Shown here piece after piece: positions 17,813-27,421 of a stretch of DNA of 64,000 nt (position 1 is its first letter; every line of letters starts with the position of its first letter). This stretch comes from Bacteroidota bacterium (GTDB taxonomy: Bacteria > Bacteroidota > Ignavibacteria > Ignavibacteriales > Ignavibacteriaceae). The DNA lies in contig JADFLR010000004.1 in NCBI GenBank assembly GCA_022564295.1, forward strand, positions 11,840 to 75,839, given 5' to 3'. A program made the translations under genes and the position numbers. Under the pieces are notes generated by a model. The model was given only the letters and a program-made list of their open reading frames with translations, was not told the DNA's origin and made no database searches.

Positions 17813-19372
17813 ATGCATATCAAGAAAAGTTTATTAATAAATCTTGGGGTTACAAATCCTCGGGCAGATCGTCATTTACCATCCTTAAACACAGCTCTTA
17901 AAAAGCATAAAGTTGATACACCATTGCGTGTAGCACATTTTCTCGCACAGCTATTGCATGAGTCTGCACTATTTAAATATGATGAGGAAAATTTAAACTA
18001 TTCTGCCAAAGGATTATTAAAAGTGTTTGGTAAATACTTCTCAAGTTTAGAAATAGCAAATAGGTACGCACGAATGCCGGAGAAGATCGCCAATATAGTT
18101 TATGGTAATCGGATGGGCAATGGAGATGAAGCGAGTGGCGAGGGCTATAAATACAGGGGTAGAGGATTAATACAACTTACGGGTAAAAATAATTATCGTA
18201 AATTTTCAAAATGGATCAATGAAGATGTGGTTAGCAGTCCCGACTTGGTCGCAAGTAAATATGCCGTACATTCAGCGGTGTACTACTGGATTGCTAACGA
18301 TCTGAACTCACTTGCAGATATTGACGATGTGAAGAAAGTAACTAAGAGAATTAATGGGGGATATAATGGTCTCGAGCATCGGATTGAACTACTGGACAAG
18401 ATTAAAAAATCTTTAAGAAAAGATCTACCATCTCCATCATTAGAGAAAATTACACACAAAGTGAATGTTTCAAAATTGAATCTCCGGAATAAACCGAGGG
18501 TTGCACCTTCAACTCTAATTGGTTCATTAAGTGAGGGAACTGCGGTTATGAAAGTAGCTGATTCGAATGGATGGGTAAAGATTCGTACGGTTCTTAATGA
18601 TCAGCTAGTTGAAGGATTTGTTGCCGGTAGATTTCTACACGAAATTAAACAAAAACGTATACTAACAAGTTTAGTAAAAACTCCAATTGATTTTAATATT
18701 CCAGTTGTTCATTTGAAAGAAAAGCGTTCTGATATTAAAAGACTTAATGATTGGGGACGGGCATTTCCATTAGGTGAAACAAATATGCCAAAAAGATTCG
18801 GTACATCACCAGAAACCAAGAGCCGGAAGCTAATTGAAATAATAAAGTACTTGGATTGTGAGAAAACTTCTCACAAACGATATGGACCTAAAACCATTGA
18901 TACATATTGTAATATCTATGCATATGATTATTGTTACCTTGCCGGCGTTTATATTCCAAGGGTTTGGTGGAAAGAACAAGCCATTCACGATATTAAAAAT
19001 AGGAAAAGGGTTTCAATCGAATATGATAGAACAGTTGAAGAATTAAGTGCTAATATGCTTAATGATTGGTTTGGGGATTATGGTGTATTATTCGGTTGGA
19101 AGCGGGTAATTAATCTTGAGGTTTTACAGGCTGCTGCAAACAATGGTGAAGTATGTTTAATTATTGCTAAGCATAAGAACTCAAACAGTTCCGGTCATAT
19201 TGCTGCTGTAGTGCCAGAGCATGATGGATATAAAGCAACTCGTAAAGTCACTGGGGAAATTGCAATTCCATTACAATCTCAGGCTGGAAGAAATAACTAT
19301 CGTTTTACTACTAAATCAAAATGGTGGCAGATGAATCAATTTCAAAACTTTAGCTTTTGGCGGTATTCCTGA
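17813..19372 (+). CDS. three-module peptidoglycan hydrolase: GH19 lysozyme/chitinase-like + SH3b + C-terminal Cys/His (papain/NlpC-like) domain
   Basis: RBS AGGAGGG. The GH19 module has VAHFLAQLLHESALFKYDEE and YRGRGLIQLTGKNNY. The SH3b module has LNLRNKPRVAPSTLIGSLSEGTAVMKVADSNGWVKIR...EGFVAGRFL. The C-terminal half has TYCNIYAYDYCY and SSGHIAAVVPE. There is no signal peptide. Confidence 0.75.
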   Translation: MHIKKSLLINLGVTNPRADRHLPSLNTALKKHKVDTPLRVAHFLAQLLHESALFKYDEENLNYSAKGLLKVFGKYFSSLEIANRYARMPEKIANIVYGNRMGNGDEASGEGYKYRGRGLIQLTGKNNYRKFSKWINEDVVSSPDLVASKYAVHSAVYYWIANDLNSLADIDDVKKVTKRINGGYNGLEHRIELLDKIKKSLRKDLPSPSLEKITHKVNVSKLNLRNKPRVAPSTLIGSLSEGTAVMKVADSNGWVKIRTVLNDQLVEGFVAGRFLHEIKQKRILTSLVKTPIDFNIPVVHLKEKRSDIKRLNDWGRAFPLGETNMPKRFGTSPETKSRKLIEIIKYLDCEKTSHKRYGPKTIDTYCNIYAYDYCYLAGVYIPRVWWKEQAIHDIKNRKRVSIEYDRTVEELSANMLNDWFGDYGVLFGWKRVINLEVLQAAANNGEVCLIIAKHKNSNSSGHIAAVVPEHDGYKATRKVTGEIAIPLQSQAGRNNYRFTTKSKWWQMNQFQNFSFWRYS

Positions 19373-19542
19373 ACTGCAAACAAATAGGAAGTTTTTGCGA
19401 AAAGAAAAATATTGGACCGGTTATTAACACTGGGGAATTTTTGCATAATAAAGGATTGAACTTGAACTGAAGGTGACTTGCTTAATATGCAAAAAAATAA
19501 CTTACAGATTTAATTCATTAATAAATTTAAGGAGGAATAATC

Positions 19543-20598
19543 ATGCTTCAATGGTTTGATACCCTTATGGGTCTTGTAGTTATTCTTTTAGCTGTAAGTT
19601 TAGTAATTATGATTCTCAACCAGATCATAGTGGCGTTACTGAATTTACGAGGAAACAATCTGAAGAAAGGCATAAAGTTATTACTTGAAAATAGTGATGT
19701 TGATCTCAAGGTTTATGCGGAAAAGATCAGCAGCAAAGTACTTAGTCACCCGTTAATCTCCGATAAATGGCGAAAGTCTGGTTATTGGAGTTTAGCAACT
19801 ACAATACGTCCAAATGAACTAATCAAGATTCTTAATGTCATAGCAGATTCAGGGGAAGATGATTGGCAGGTAAAGCTTAAGAAGTGTCTATCAGAGATTA
19901 CTGACAATATAGAAAACTGGTTTGACAACATAATGGACAGAGTGACTCAATCCTTTGTTAGACAGACCCGCTTCTGGACTATCATATTCTCATTAATTGT
20001 AGCTTTCGCACTTCATCTTGATGCCTTTAGACTTTTCGAACAAATTTCTAATGACGCAGAATTGCGTGCAAGCCTGATAGCTAGTTCTGACACGATTCTA
20101 AAACAGACAGAGGAAGTGATAGGGAAAGCAAGTTTAATTCCAATGGTATATAAAAAAGCTATCCTACAACTTAAACTACAAGATACGACAGGTACGGCGA
20201 GTGAATTAAGACCTCCTCCAGCTTTTGTGAGTCGTGAGGATGGAGAGAATTGGCTACGAGAACAATTGGCTGGTAATGAACAAATTGAATTGTTAATCAA
20301 TCAGTATGGAAAACTCATAGATTCAAACCTTACAAATTCTGTTGAAAGGCTGAGAGACAGGGCTATCTCAATTAAGAGTGAATTAGATAAAACCAAACTC
20401 CAGCTAATTCCTCAGCCTTATCCCGGATGGAATTATTCTCCAGGTGACATCCACTTTTGGGGAGTTTTAGTTATGGCTGCATTTTTGAGTTTGGGTGCAC
20501 CATTTTGGTTTAAAGCATTAAAGACAATGAGTGCTCTAAGACCTATATTGGCAGAAAAAGAAGAGAAGGAACGGAAAAATCATAAGGAAAAATTATAA
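19543..20598 (+). CDS. membrane protein (3 TM), unknown function
   Basis: RBS AGGAGG. The TM segments are LMGLVVILLAVSLVIMILNQIIVALL, FWTIIFSLIVAFALHL and FWGVLVMAAFLSLGAPFWF. It has a long helical soluble segment and a Lys/Glu-rich tail. Confidence 0.65.
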   Translation: MLQWFDTLMGLVVILLAVSLVIMILNQIIVALLNLRGNNLKKGIKLLLENSDVDLKVYAEKISSKVLSHPLISDKWRKSGYWSLATTIRPNELIKILNVIADSGEDDWQVKLKKCLSEITDNIENWFDNIMDRVTQSFVRQTRFWTIIFSLIVAFALHLDAFRLFEQISNDAELRASLIASSDTILKQTEEVIGKASLIPMVYKKAILQLKLQDTTGTASELRPPPAFVSREDGENWLREQLAGNEQIELLINQYGKLIDSNLTNSVERLRDRAISIKSELDKTKLQLIPQPYPGWNYSPGDIHFWGVLVMAAFLSLGAPFWFKALKTMSALRPILAEKEEKERKNHKEKL

Positions 20599-20875
20599 TC
20601 TAGAAGAAACTAAATTTGTTTGTTATAATTGCCTGCCGGCAATTGAACTTATAAAGTCAATTAATCAACGTGTAAAGTTAGAATAAATTATTTATTTGGT
20701 AAGAGTTCTATTAACCGTAATTTACTAAAAAACTAGTTAGGTTTTAATTACTGACATTTCTACTTTGCTAATACAGCTCCTAATTAAAATCTTATATAAA
20801 TTTAGAAAGATAAACAATCAAATAAACCCTCTGAATAATTGCAGATCCTTTTTCAATTCACAATATAATTTTCTT

Positions 20876-21239
20876 GACTATTCCAACCTTCTCCTCTTCA
20901 ACAACGGTTCAATTTCAGGATCCTGTCCGCGGAAGCGTTTGTATAGTTCCATTGAATCGTCTGTACCACCGGAAGCTAATATGTACTTGCGGTACTTTGC
21001 AGCAAAATCTTTATTATACACATCGCCGGTTTGGACAAATGCATTAAATGCATCTGCATCGAGCACTTCAGCCCAGATGTAGCTGTAATAACCTGATGAA
21101 TATCCTCCCGAATAAATATGATTGAAATATGTACTCCTGTAACGAGGTAAAATTTCAGGGATCAACCCAATCCTATCCATCGATTCATTTTCAAACTTTA
21201 TTGCATCACATTCAACCGCCTATGTTATAGTATGCCAGT
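20876..21239 (-). pseudogene. displaced, diverged 3-prime fragment of the dcp (M3 peptidase) gene
   Basis: This 364 bp is collinear with 22699..23062. The 100-aa ORF at 20878..21180 differs from the Dcp C-terminus at 8 of 100 residues. An in-frame TAG (HWHTIT-stop-AVE) lies upstream, and homology stops at 21239. Confidence 0.85.
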
Positions 21240-21375
21240 GTTATCCATTTATCATACAATCACTAAATTATGGCGCCAATAAATTCTTAGATAAAACTAC
21301 TTACTCTTTAATGCTCTGCTCTTTTAGTGCATTATATTAATCCGGTTTTTTTTGAAGTTTAACAGTTTATTCTTA

Positions 21376-21412
21376 TTTTTCACCAATTAGTGAAACACCA
21401 TTTGGTGAAAAA
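21376..21412. repeat. imperfect hairpin TTTTTCACCAATTAGTG-AAA-CACCATTTGGTGAAAAA (two CACC-N-GTG boxes)
   Basis: Read directly, with 12 of 14 stem positions pairing. A near-copy occurs at 22566..22602 on the other side of the ATPase ORF. Confidence 0.7.
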
Positions 21413-21422
21413 TAAATATGGA

Positions 21423-22565
21423 ATGAATATGGACATTAAAACAAATCCCTTTGCTTTTGGAAAAATAGTTAAAGGAAAGCAATTTTTTAACCGCAAGCAG
21501 GAAATAACAGAATTAATGGTTGAGATTAATAATCATCAAAACATAATTCTGTATGCACCAAGGCGCTATGGCAAAACCTCGTTAGTATTAAAAACATTTG
21601 AAGACCTAAGTAAAAAACAAAGGAATTTTGAATGGCTGTACATAGATTTCTTTCAGGTCAATTCCATTGATAAATTTATTTCTATTATGTCGAATGAATA
21701 TGCAGCACATTCTAAATTGTCTTTAGAGAAGTTGCTGAACTCACTCAAAAATATATTAAAAGGAATTACTCCTGCTATAACTTTAGATAAGGATGGTAAC
21801 CCCAAAATTGAGGTTTCAATTTCACCGGGCAATCGGGATAGTGTATTTGAAGATGTAATGAAGTTACCGCAAAAATTAGTTAGGGACGGAAAATTGGTCG
21901 CAGTTTTCTTCGATGAATTTCAGGAAGTGAATAATCTTAATGGATTTGAATTCCAAAAAATATTACGGTCCGTAATTCAACATCAAAATAAAGTTTGCTA
22001 TATATTTTGTGGTTCGAAGCATCATCTTTTCCAGAATATCTTTAACGACCCGAACAACCCATTATTCAAAGCCGGAAAAACGAAATACCTGAATGTTATA
22101 CCTGAAAAAGAATATTCATCTTTTATCTATAAACATTTTATTAAAATAAAAAATGATTTTACGAAAGATGATGCAAAATCTATCTATCACTTAGCTGGCT
22201 CAATACCTTATAACATTCAATTACTATGTAGTGAGATTTATAATCTCGTGTTGATTAATAAAAATCTGGTAATAAATGAAATAATAAATCAGGGTTACAA
22301 CAATGTACTAAATAGCAAGAATGAGGAATATATTATTTTATATGAAAATATGAGCAAGTCTGTGCGGCTAGCCATAGAAATGGTTATTAAAAATGATGGA
22401 AAACATCTATTTAATAATGAACTGTTATCTGATTTTAGAGTAGCTCCCTCAACTTTGAAAAAGTCATTGGATAAATTGATCCGGGATGGGATATTATTTA
22501 GAGAAAATAAAAACTATTTATTCCAGGATATATTTTTTAAGAAATGGCTTGAAATCCGGATATAA
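21423..22565 (+). CDS. orphan ATPase of the Arch_ATPase (PF01637-like) type with a C-terminal winged-helix-like region
   Basis: Walker A is APRRYGKTSL and Walker B is VAVFFDEFQE. The N-terminal NPFAFGKIVKGKQFFNRKQEITEL is typical of this family. I prefer the ATG at 21423 over the GTG at 21390, which lies inside the hairpin. Confidence 0.7.
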   Translation: MNMDIKTNPFAFGKIVKGKQFFNRKQEITELMVEINNHQNIILYAPRRYGKTSLVLKTFEDLSKKQRNFEWLYIDFFQVNSIDKFISIMSNEYAAHSKLSLEKLLNSLKNILKGITPAITLDKDGNPKIEVSISPGNRDSVFEDVMKLPQKLVRDGKLVAVFFDEFQEVNNLNGFEFQKILRSVIQHQNKVCYIFCGSKHHLFQNIFNDPNNPLFKAGKTKYLNVIPEKEYSSFIYKHFIKIKNDFTKDDAKSIYHLAGSIPYNIQLLCSEIYNLVLINKNLVINEIINQGYNNVLNSKNEEYIILYENMSKSVRLAIEMVIKNDGKHLFNNELLSDFRVAPSTLKKSLDKLIRDGILFRENKNYLFQDIFFKKWLEIRI

Positions 22566-22602
22566 TTTTTCACCATTTAGTGTTTCACCAAATAGTGAAA
22601 AA
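22566..22602. repeat. imperfect hairpin TTTTTCACCATTTAGTG-TTT-CACCAAATAGTGAAAAA (terminator-like, flanked by T and A runs)
   Basis: It starts 1 nt after the ATPase stop and has the same box architecture as 21376..21412. Confidence 0.7.
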
Positions 22603-22700
22603 TATATTATGGCGGCGTTTCAATCTCCCGTAATCCCATAATAAAAATGAGGTGATTATAATTATTTCAAAAAGGATTAAAATCTTGTTGAAGTATTTAG

Positions 22701-24800
22701 CTATTCCAACCCTCGCCTCTTCAACAACGGCTCAATGCTCGGATCCTCTCCGCGGAATCGTTTGTAGAGTTCCATTGAATCGTCTGTACCACCAGAAGCT
22801 AATATGTACTTGCGGTACTTTGCAGCAAATTCTTTATTATACACGTCGCCGGTTTGTACAAATGCATTAAATGCATCTGCATCGAGCACTTCAGCCCAGA
22901 TGTAGCTGTAATAACCTGATGAATAACTTCCTGAAAATATGTGATTGAAATAAGAACTTCGGTAACGAGGTAAAATTTCCGGGATCAACCCAATCCTACC
23001 CATCGATTCATTTTCAAATTTAATTGCATCATATTCAACCGGATCGGTTATAGTATGCCAGTCCATATCAAGATATGAAGCAGCAAGGTATTCTAAAGTT
23101 TCAAAGCCCTGGTTGAATAAGCTTGCATTTTGAATTTTATCAACCAATTCTTTTGGTATGACTTCTCCTGTTTCATAATGCTTCGCATAATATTTTAGTA
23201 CATCAGGATGCATCGACCAGTTTTCCATTACTTGCGATGGGAATTCAACAAAATCTCTTGGAGTATCTGTACCTGAAATTAATTCGTACGTGCAGTCTGA
23301 AAGTAAACCATGCACAGCATGACCAAATTCGTGGAATAAAGTATGTACTTCATCCAGGCTTAGCAATGCAGGTTTATCTCCGGTTGGTTTTGAAAAATTA
23401 CCGACGTTGTAAATAATCGGATAGATCATTTTCCCATCTTTTTTATACTGTTTCTGGAAAACATCCATCCAGGCTCCAGCACGTTTACTTTCCCTTGGGA
23501 AGTAATCGATATATAATATTCCAATATGAGAGCCGTCAGCTTCCTTCACTTCAAAGGTTTTAACATCGGGATGGTATTTTGAGATGTCATCTCTTTCTTC
23601 AAATTTAATACCCCATAAGCGTGTGGCTAACCCGAAAACGCCATCGATAACATTCTCTACCTGGAAGTATGGTCTTAATTCCTCTTCATCCATATTGTAT
23701 TTTGCTTTCTTCAATTTTTCAGCGTAATACCACCAACCCCAGGGTTGAAGTTCGAAACTGTTTCCTTCTGCATTAATGATCTCCTGCATTTCTACTCTTT
23801 CCTGAATTGATCTTTTAAGAGCTGGAGTCCACAATTTATCTAACAAGGCATAAACATTATCAGGATTGGATGCCATCTGCTCTTCAAGAACATAATGTGC
23901 ATGTGTTTCATAACCAAGAAGCCTAGCTCTCTTCAATCTGAGCATCGCCATTCTCGAAAGAATCTTTTTATTGTCGATCTCATTATTGTTATCACCTTTT
24001 AGGAAATAGGCACTGTAGATTTTTTTCCTCAAATCTCTTTTGGCTGAGTATTGCAAAAAAGGGATCATGCTTGGTTTATGAATAGTGAAAACCCACTTAC
24101 CGGTATAACCTTTGTCTATAGCGGTTTCGGCGGCACCGGAGATTACGTTTTCAGGCAAGCCTTCAAGATCATCTTTGTTATCAATAACCAATTCAAATGT
24201 GTTTGTTTCCTTTAAAACGTTTTCACCAAACTGGACTGAAAGTACAGACAATTCCTCATTTATTTTTCTGAATTCTTCTTTCGATTCATCTTTAAGATTT
24301 GCACCTCCGCGGACAAATCCTTTATAATATTTATCCAACAATATTTTCTGTTCTGTATTTAATTCCAGACTTTCTCTCTTTTCATAAATTTCTTTCACTC
24401 TATTGAATAATTCTTCATTCAGATTAATATCATCAATGTGGTTGGAAAGCATAGGTGAAACTTCTTTAGAGATAACCTTCATTTGTTCATTGCTCATGGA
24501 TTCATTCATAGCGGAAAAAACTCGTCTGACTCTTTTTAGTAAAGTGCCGCTGTAGTCCAATGCTTCAATTGTGTTAGCAAATGTAGCTTCTGCATAGTTC
24601 TTAGCAATCTTATCAATCTCCTTGTTATGTATTTTAATAGCCTTTTCGAACGCAGGCAAATAATGTTCTGTTTTAATTTTATCGAAAGGAGGGGTTTCAA
24701 AGAGAGTATCCCACTTTGCTAATAATGGATTTGTTTCTTCCGTACTGCACGAAGTAAATATTAAAGCTCCGGCAAATAGTAACATAATTAGCCTCTTCAT
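22701..24800 (-). CDS. dcp: M3-family metallopeptidase, peptidyl-dipeptidase Dcp-like lipoprotein
   Basis: 699 aa with a lipoprotein signal (MKRLIMLLFAGALIFTSC) and the zinc motif HEFGHAVH. Length and C-terminal motifs are typical of Dcp/oligopeptidase A. Confidence 0.85.
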   Translation of the reverse strand: MKRLIMLLFAGALIFTSCSTEETNPLLAKWDTLFETPPFDKIKTEHYLPAFEKAIKIHNKEIDKIAKNYAEATFANTIEALDYSGTLLKRVRRVFSAMNESMSNEQMKVISKEVSPMLSNHIDDINLNEELFNRVKEIYEKRESLELNTEQKILLDKYYKGFVRGGANLKDESKEEFRKINEELSVLSVQFGENVLKETNTFELVIDNKDDLEGLPENVISGAAETAIDKGYTGKWVFTIHKPSMIPFLQYSAKRDLRKKIYSAYFLKGDNNNEIDNKKILSRMAMLRLKRARLLGYETHAHYVLEEQMASNPDNVYALLDKLWTPALKRSIQERVEMQEIINAEGNSFELQPWGWWYYAEKLKKAKYNMDEEELRPYFQVENVIDGVFGLATRLWGIKFEERDDISKYHPDVKTFEVKEADGSHIGILYIDYFPRESKRAGAWMDVFQKQYKKDGKMIYPIIYNVGNFSKPTGDKPALLSLDEVHTLFHEFGHAVHGLLSDCTYELISGTDTPRDFVEFPSQVMENWSMHPDVLKYYAKHYETGEVIPKELVDKIQNASLFNQGFETLEYLAASYLDMDWHTITDPVEYDAIKFENESMGRIGLIPEILPRYRSSYFNHIFSGSYSSGYYSYIWAEVLDADAFNAFVQTGDVYNKEFAAKYRKYILASGGTDDSMELYKRFRGEDPSIEPLLKRRGLE

Positions 24801-25443
24801 TTCCTATCCCTGTAATTAATTAAAAAAAATTGTGACAAAAAAATTAAGCAAAATAGAATTGAAATCCGTGTCAGAAACCGGTATTAATTTGGTGCAATTC
24901 AAAATGTATTAGTGCCGGTATAAAATTAATCCTGTAATTTTTCTGCTAAATTTTCGTAAATCATTCAATTGTCACCACCCAAAACTACAGTCATTTCAAT
25001 TTGGATAAACTTCACTTTTTTTCTTTAGATGTTGGAAAAGCAATCAGATAAATTATTGTTTTTTTTTGATGCATTTCCGCGAACGCTGAAAATCAATATA
25101 TATTATACTTGCACTGTATTAAAAAGAGACTAACAGAACTAAACTTATTTTATAAAAGATAAAAAAATTATTGTTTGTTTGACAGTATTTGTGCATGTTA
25201 AATATGAGGATTTTCTGATGTCGACTTGCTTAGAGGAAGTTATTCGGGGTTTCTGGGAAAGCCACCAATTCTATTCTTCATTTAACACTATAACAATATC
25301 TAAAACGCTGAATAAGAATTATTACTACTAGGCAATTCATATCAATTAATATTTACCAACATTTCGTTTATAGAAGGAAGGAAGTCTTAGGTACATTTCT
25401 ATAAATTAATTTTTTAACTTTTACATTTTATTTGGAGGGCATA

Positions 25444-26691
25444 ATGAAATATATAATTCTAATTATTGCATTAGCTATTCTAGCTGGCTGTGATATGAAT
25501 GAATCAGTTTTAGTCCAAGAAGGTGAACAGAACTACTTACCTGAAAAACGTAACAAGGTTGAAGTTTGTCATAAAAATGATGAGGGTGGTTATAACAAAA
25601 TTGAAATTTCAGAATCAGCATTACAAGCTCACCTAAACCATGGTGATGGACAACCTGGTGATGATGTACCTGATAAAGAAGGTTTTATATTTACAGAAGA
25701 TTGTGACTGTATCCCAGCATCTGTTGATTATCTACTTATGGGTACGAATAATCCTGATAAAATACTGCGTTTCAACGAAACAACAGGAGCATTTATAGAA
25801 GACTTAGTCTCTGCAGGAAGTGGTGGACTGGATGATCCTTTTGGCCTTGCCATTGGATCTGATGGAAAATTATATGTCAGCAGTCGTCATACCGACAATG
25901 TGCTTCGATATGATAATACATCCGGTGCATTCGTTGATGAATTTGTTCCTGCCGGAACAAATGGACTTAATACACCTCATGGTTTGATTTTTGGACCAGA
26001 TGAAAATCTATATGTTGTTAACAACAACGGTCATAATGTCCTGCGCTTTAATGGGACAACCGGGGCATTTATAGACATCTTTGCTTCTGGTGGTCTGAGA
26101 GTTTTCCTACCGCTTTAATATTTGGACCTGACGGTAATCTTTACGTTAGCAGCAGCGCAAATAACAGAGTAATTCGCTATAACGGAAATACGGGAGCATT
26201 TATAGGTGTATTTGCCTCCGGTGGTGGACTTAGTAATGCCCAAGGTTTGGTCTATGGGCCAGATGGTAACCTTTACGTAGGAAGTTTCAATACTGACAAT
26301 GTGCTTCGCTATAACGGAAATACAGGAGCATTTATAGGTGTATTTACCTCCGGTGGCGGAATAGATAAGACTGTTGCAGTGGTCTTTGGGCCAGATGGAA
26401 ACCTTTATGTCAGCGGTACAGGCTCTGATAACGTAGTACGTTACAATGGGATTACTGGGGCATTTATAGATGAATTTATCCCTTCGGGTAGTGGCGGCTT
26501 AAATGGGCATCACTACCTGTTGTTTACATCCCAGTAGTGAAATTGAAGAAATAGAGGGACGTGGAGCGAAGTGCGTGCGATTTGGAATAACACTATACCG
26601 ATTGCTGGTGAACAATAGCTATGGAATTTACTTCTACAGACTACAAGCAGGAAATTTTATTGAGACTAAGAAGATGGTGTTGATGAAGTAA
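25444..26691 (+). pseudogene. NHL/beta-propeller repeat lipoprotein with degraded T9SS CTD, broken by at least two frameshifts
   Basis: The lipoprotein signal is MKYIILIIALAILAGC. Repeats of GPDGNLYVS..N.VLRYNG.TGAFI continue in another frame after about 26090-26096 (ASGG|SESFPTALIFGPDGNLYVSS). The tail GIYFYRLQAGNFIETKKMVLMK lies in a third frame with the middle of the CTD missing. Confidence 0.7.
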
Positions 26692-26695
26692 TCCG

Positions 26696-27154
26696 GTGTT
26701 ATTTGATTTTACTTTAGCCCTTATCAATGAAAGTTGGTGGGGTTTTTTGTTTAATTTTTTCATCCGGATTGATACTCCCTACATCGATTTAGCTGAGAGT
26801 GTAAACAATCAGCATATGATAGCTGCTGGTATAGTGCCTGAAGGTGATATATTGTTTAAGACTGGTGAGGGTACTAATAATATTGAGGTAACCACATATG
26901 AGTTATATAATAGTTACCCGAATCCATTTAACCCTGCTACAACAATCAAGTATCAGACACCAAATGCTGGATTCGTTACACTGAAGGTTTATGATGTACT
27001 TGGTAATGAAGTGACAACACTTGTTAATGAGAGAAAAGAAGAAGGAAGATATCAGATCACTTTCGATGCCTCTGCTTTATCAAGTGGAGTGTATATCTAC
27101 CAGATGAGAATTAATGATTTCATCGACACGAAGAAAATGATCCTGATGAAGTGA
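26696..27154 (+). CDS. T9SS C-terminal-domain fragment ORF (probable remnant of a larger cargo gene)
   Basis: It has a complete Por CTD: YPNPFNPATTIKYQTPNAGFVTLKVYDVLGNEVTTLVNE...SGVYIYQMRINDFIDTKKMILMK. However, it has a GTG start, no signal peptide and only about 70 aa before the CTD. Confidence 0.45.
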   Translation: MLFDFTLALINESWWGFLFNFFIRIDTPYIDLAESVNNQHMIAAGIVPEGDILFKTGEGTNNIEVTTYELYNSYPNPFNPATTIKYQTPNAGFVTLKVYDVLGNEVTTLVNERKEEGRYQITFDASALSSGVYIYQMRINDFIDTKKMILMK

Positions 27155-27421
27155 CAACAAGGTTGTCATCCTGGGGATTCTGATTTATTAGAATACGAAG
27201 GATCTTAGATGAAAACCATTCGAGAGCCTCGTCCGACAGCTGCCGGATTCGGGGCTTTTTTATTTTGCGTGAGGGATTGTCCGTTCCGAAGGTACGAAGG
27301 ACACCTTTGGAGAAGCTCCAGTGTTTCTTCCCTTTTTTTATCCCATGCTTTAAAAGGTGTAGCTATTAATCTTTTCCAATAAAACTTTTCAAACAAATTC
27401 TTCCGAAATAAACATTCAATT

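Noticed and set aside
21390-21422. GTG at 21390 as the ATPase start (ORF-track start, MKHHLVKNKYG).
   Set aside because: These codons lie inside the upstream hairpin. The family-typical N-terminus begins after the ATG at 21423 or 21429.
12538-22565. Intact prophage or integrative element spanning the accessory region.
   Set aside because: No integrase, recombinase, terminase, portal, capsid, tail or repressor genes are present. The region contains two unrelated gene scars, so it is a mosaic and not one element.
20765-22870. Plus-strand ORFs 20765..21082 and 22652..22870.
   Set aside because: Both are antisense shadows of the two copies of the dcp 3-prime end. They are near-duplicates of each other only because the underlying repeat is duplicated.
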